Source: Octopus sinensis (lineage: Eukaryota). Taken from it: a stretch of DNA of 64,000 bases. Every line of letters begins with the position of its first letter. The first letter of the stretch is position 1. Where the stretch lies: NCBI RefSeq assembly GCF_006345805.1, contig NC_043010.1, positions 36,022,001 through 36,086,000 of the forward strand, read 5' to 3'. Positions 59,336 through 64,000 of the stretch are shown in pieces. Made by a program: the position numbers and the translations under genes. The notes beneath the pieces were generated by a model. It was not told where the DNA came from, searched no databases, and was given only the letters and a program-made list of their open reading frames with translations.

Positions 59336-62300
59336 GAGTGATAAAAATAATTGACCAAAGAACATGTACCAGCATGGCCACAGTCCAATGGCTGAAACGT
59401 GTAAAAGTGTAAACTCTGCATGCAATAATGAAATAACAAACATATTTCTATGTAAATAACAGTACAATATTTTAGGGGGAGTAAAACGGTTTGTAATGGT
59501 TTATATTTCTACTGAAGACATTAGAGGTGCAAGTGATGTAAGTGGTCATATATCTAGGTATTAAAAACATGTCACAACCTTTCCTGCTGGATGCTTAACT
59601 CTTGCTACCTGATGTTCCCCAGTGCTGCCTGACTGGCACCTGTGCCAGTGGCACGTAAGAAGCACAATTCAAGCAGGGTCGATGCCAGTGCTGCTTAACT
59701 GGCTCCTGTGCTGGTGGCATGTAAAAAGCACCCTTCAAGTGTGGTCGATGCCAGTTCCACCTGACTGGCCCCCATGCCAGTGGTACGTAAAAAGCACCCA
59801 CTACACTCTCACAGTGGTTTGCGTTTGGAATGGCAACCACGTGTAGAAACCTTGCTAGATCAGATTGGAGCCTGGTGCAGCCTTCTGACTTGTCAGTCTT
59901 CAGTCAAACCGTCCAACCCATGCCAGCATGGAAAACGGACATTAAATAATGATGATGAAACAGATATTGAGAATGACAGGTGGACTTGTTGAAAGGTACA
60001 AGTCAAAGGTTAATTAGTTCATGTCCTACCTGCAGTGCTGTGCAGTGTCCATCCACGCATCTCTCTCCTCACCTGATGGCCCAATATCTTATAGCTATTA
60101 GTAAGTGCTACACTATAAGCAGTTGCAACACCTTAAAGCTGACAGGTGTTTCATGAATATGCAGGGCTGAGTTCAGGTTCTTCTGTGACTCATGATAGAA
60201 TCACTAACAGCACAAGCTGAATTTTAATTCTAAACATTACAATACAGCTGTAGACTCAAAAACATTTTGGGGGAAGGAGACAGTCAATCAGATTGACCAC
60301 AGAATGCAACTGATACTTAATTTATCCATCCCGAAAAGATGAAAGGCAAAGTCGACCTTGGTGGAAATTGAACTCAGAACGTAAAGACAGACGAAATACC
60401 GCTAAGCATTTTGCCCGAAGTGCTAACATTTCTGCCAGCTCGCTGCGCTTCGCAAACAGAAAATTGATGCAGCAATATTGAAACACAGTCACTAGGCAGA
60501 GAAAGATTTATCTCTGATCCATCCACTTAATACAAAGAAACCAAGATATCATGAAGATTTCAAACATCTAGCTGTGATGTTAACCCTTTCGTTGCCAACC
60601 CGACTGAAACTGCCTCTGGCTCTGTAGCACAAATGTCTTGTTTCATAAGTTTTGAAATAAAATCTTCCACCAAATCTTAGTCACAATTTACGTTCCTAAC
60701 ACTAGCCTAATGATAACTAAGTCATTTTACTAAATTCTTTGTCATATTTAAAGTAATTGAAAAAAAAAAAACAGAGCATCTCAAAATAAATACAGTAATG
60801 AAAGGCTTAAAGTACTTCATTATACCACATGGTTACTACTGTAAGTATTTTCCAATATACAAAACAAATTTTTCAGATCAAAATTTACAGCCCAAAATGG
60901 CAGATCAACTTATACAACCAAGACATTGAAGGAGCAAAAATTTCATGTGAAATGTAACAAGATTTGGAAAGATAGTGAAGATGTCTGAATGCTTACACTA
61001 CATGTTTACACTATATACTATATCAACTTGTATGATGGAAAATACAGTACTACAGCCATTATATAACAACCCTTGGACAAGGTATATCTTACTACTGGCC
61101 TCAGCCTAATTGTTTCTGAGAGCAGATTAAATGTTGACTTCATGGCATCAAGTTGTCAAAAAAAAAAAAAAGTCATAATGGGGTTTCACATCTTACGTTT
61201 TTTTTTTTTTTTTGCATTTAGTGGTTTAATCAGAGGTGGAAGGGTAGTACCCTATATAACCTTAAGACAGGGTTTATGAGTCTAGTGAAGAAAAGGAAGA
61301 GAAAAAACTAAAATTAACAGGGACCTGGTCTGAACCATTTCAACAGAACAGATTCTGCTAAAGACGCTCAAGAGCCTGATGGTGGTGTTAAAACTAAATG
61401 ATAGATAATACCTCACACACACACACTTTATTACTGATGGAAAAAACAAACAAACAAAAAAAAAATGGTTTTGGCAGGTTTTAGAAAACACCATATGTAA
61501 TTCCCATTTTAAGGAGTTTCAGTTGTCACAACAGGCTGAACAAAGTGAATGGCTACATTAAAGCACTTTTTAGTAAGCAACAGTTGGTACTATCTTCAAA
61601 ACAATATCACTCCTACACAATCCAGACAAGCATTTTAACAAAGACTGATACTCGCACATGCACACAGACACACACAATATAAAACAGCTGCAACATTAAT
61701 GCAGACACTAAACTCTTTAGTCTACACCTGGCTGCCACTATTTTGCATTGAATCACAATAGATTTGATCACAGACTGTGTTTGCCAGCCTGCTCTGTTGA
61801 CTCCCAATACATGCACATATCATGCGTACATGCCAGGTATTTATGTAATCAACCTCTCAGGGATGAAATACAAAGACAACCCCTAGCACGATTTGAACTC
61901 AGAATGCGGAGAAAGACGAAGGGAACTAAATACTACAGCCAACTATTTCTGCCACTCAATTGCCAATAAAAGAATAGTCTTTAATCAATGCAAAAAGTAG
62001 ATTGAATAACAATATAGAAACGGACATTTCATGCTCTGATTGACACATTGTACTCTTACTTGGTTAACATCTCAGCATGCCAGAGTGTGAGAGTACAAAC
62101 ACAGTATCAGCAGAGACTAGCGTATAGGATATCCATGTCATAAGAACCAATGCACTGTTAATCTACTGATAGTGTCTACACCATGAAGTTCTGCTCAGTT
62201 TAAATGGTTCTAACCATAAATATTCCTCAACACTAATAAAGATTTCTAACAAAGGCAAAAGACCACACATATCAACTTTGGTACTTGACTGGTATTTAGA

Positions 62301-64000
62301 GAGGATGGTATTTGCTGATACCCTCAAGATGAAAGGCAAAGTGGACCTCGGTGGGATTTGAACTCAGAATGTGAAGAGTTAGAATGAAACAATGCATTTT
62401 GTCAACTACCTCCTACAGGAAATGGTAATGGTGATAATGGTTTCAAGTTTTGGTATAAGACCAGCAATTCTAAGGGAGGGGGTAAATTGATTACATTGAC
62501 CCCAGCACACAACTGGTACTTATTTTATCAACCCTGAAAGGATGAAAAGTAAAGCTGATCTAAGTGGAATTTGAACTCAGAACATGAAGCTGGAAGAAAT
62601 GCCACAAAGCATTTTGTCCATTTTGTCCAGCACAGGAATGATTCTACCAGCTCACTGCCTTACTCTAGACACAGTAATAATAATGATAATAATATTGACA
62701 AACCTCTTTGTAGTTGATTGACCAGCAAGAAATAGCAGTCAAATCTCCCACTAAATATACCCTACTGTCTTGAAAAAGGATGGAAAAAAAGTAATCCTAG
62801 ATAAACTGTCTGGTAATAGATGACATAGTCATGGTTGGAATGTCTGTACTCAGTCTCTACTTGGTTAGATGGAGCTGACTTGAGGCTAAACAATAAGATT
62901 GATACTCTTATTTCTTTGTGTCAACTCAACACCTACAAGTAAATGAGGGAATGTATACACGGTCACTATCTGTTAGAAATAGTAGCCAAATCACTTTCTA
63001 TCATCTTATAATAGAAAAAGGAAGGACACATGTGACAATTTAATCTAAGATAAACCATCTCCAAATGATAGATGGAATAATCACAGCTTCAATGCCTTTG
63101 ATCATAGGTCTGCTGGATCAGAGCTGACCTGGAACAAAACCAAATGAGCATATTTTTAGATGGTAGACTTAACCTATCAGTCAGCATGATGTTGCCATCC
63201 GACCTGTAAGTGTGCATTTGGCAGAGTCCATTCTCTTGTAAATATTCAGGCTAAGTTTCCAGTTATCATTATCATCATCATCATTACATGCATTTGTTTC
63301 TCCATGCTATTATGGGTTGGACAAGAGTAGTCCTGAAGCATTATTGTATTGCCTCATGGCCTATTTGAGTGTCTTGGGAAAGGAAAAGGCTAAGAGTCAA
63401 CCTGGTTTGCTGAGCCTACTCTGTCACACTGGTTCAACATGGATTAGCAAAGGGATGAAATTGTCGTCGTCATCATCATCATTTATTTATTTATTTATAC
63501 TCATACCCAGGAGTAGTTAAGTCGATTACATCAACCCTAGTGCGAAACTGGTATTTATTTTATTGACCCCCCAAAAAGATGAAAGGCAAAGTCACCCTCA
63601 GAGGAATTTGAACTCAGGCAATCCAGAAAATCCTTTCACACCCTTTCAGCAACTACAGAGTTAGGTAGGGTTCTCCAGCCTTGTAAGGCAATTCACCGAG
63701 GAGAAGGCCACTCCAATGTAAAACTTACAGCTTACTGGTCACCACAGTCATCTTAGCTCATTGAGCCACTGTGGTCAAACCTCCAAATCTAAAGAGTGGG
63801 ACCAGATTGTACAGAATGCTCCTCACTTTAAAACTACTAAGTGCAAGCAGGAAGAAAAGCCCTGCAATGTCAAGAATCAGTTGACATAGTCACTTGAGGG
63901 CATGGTAATCCTCCTCGTGATCTTCAGATAAAAAAGAAAATGCCACCATCATTTTATGGCCAGATAACTTCCCTGTTTGCCAACCCTTTTGTTTTTCAGG

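Noticed and set aside
61320-61400. Plus-strand peptide containing PDGGV (an allantoicase-like motif)
   Set aside because: It lacks the preceding THxRL and following SRLR residues and has no partner exons, so it is probably chance.

Overview
AT-rich, microsatellite- and retroposon-dense animal genomic DNA. The repeat families resemble those of Octopus (inferred from the sequence, not checked against a database). One protein-coding gene can be reconstructed: an 11-exon, minus-strand allantoicase-family gene (CDS 58604 to 36665; 1155 nt = 384 aa + stop; all GT-AG introns with matching phases). It keeps the two-repeat allantoicase scaffold but has lost the family's signature motifs (GWETxR, FxGN, PDGG) in both repeats. 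It ends in a PTS1-type tripeptide (CRL), making it a candidate peroxisomal pseudoenzyme. The rest is mostly transposon-derived: a young 5'-truncated CR1-type LINE broken only by a 19-bp duplication, RTE and R4/Dong-like LINE fragments, three tRNA-SINE families, mariner/pogo/piggyBac/Helitron derivatives and MITEs, foldback palindromes, and Penelope-like remnants carrying minimal hammerhead-ribozyme motifs. No CRISPR array, rRNA gene or intact tRNA gene was seen.
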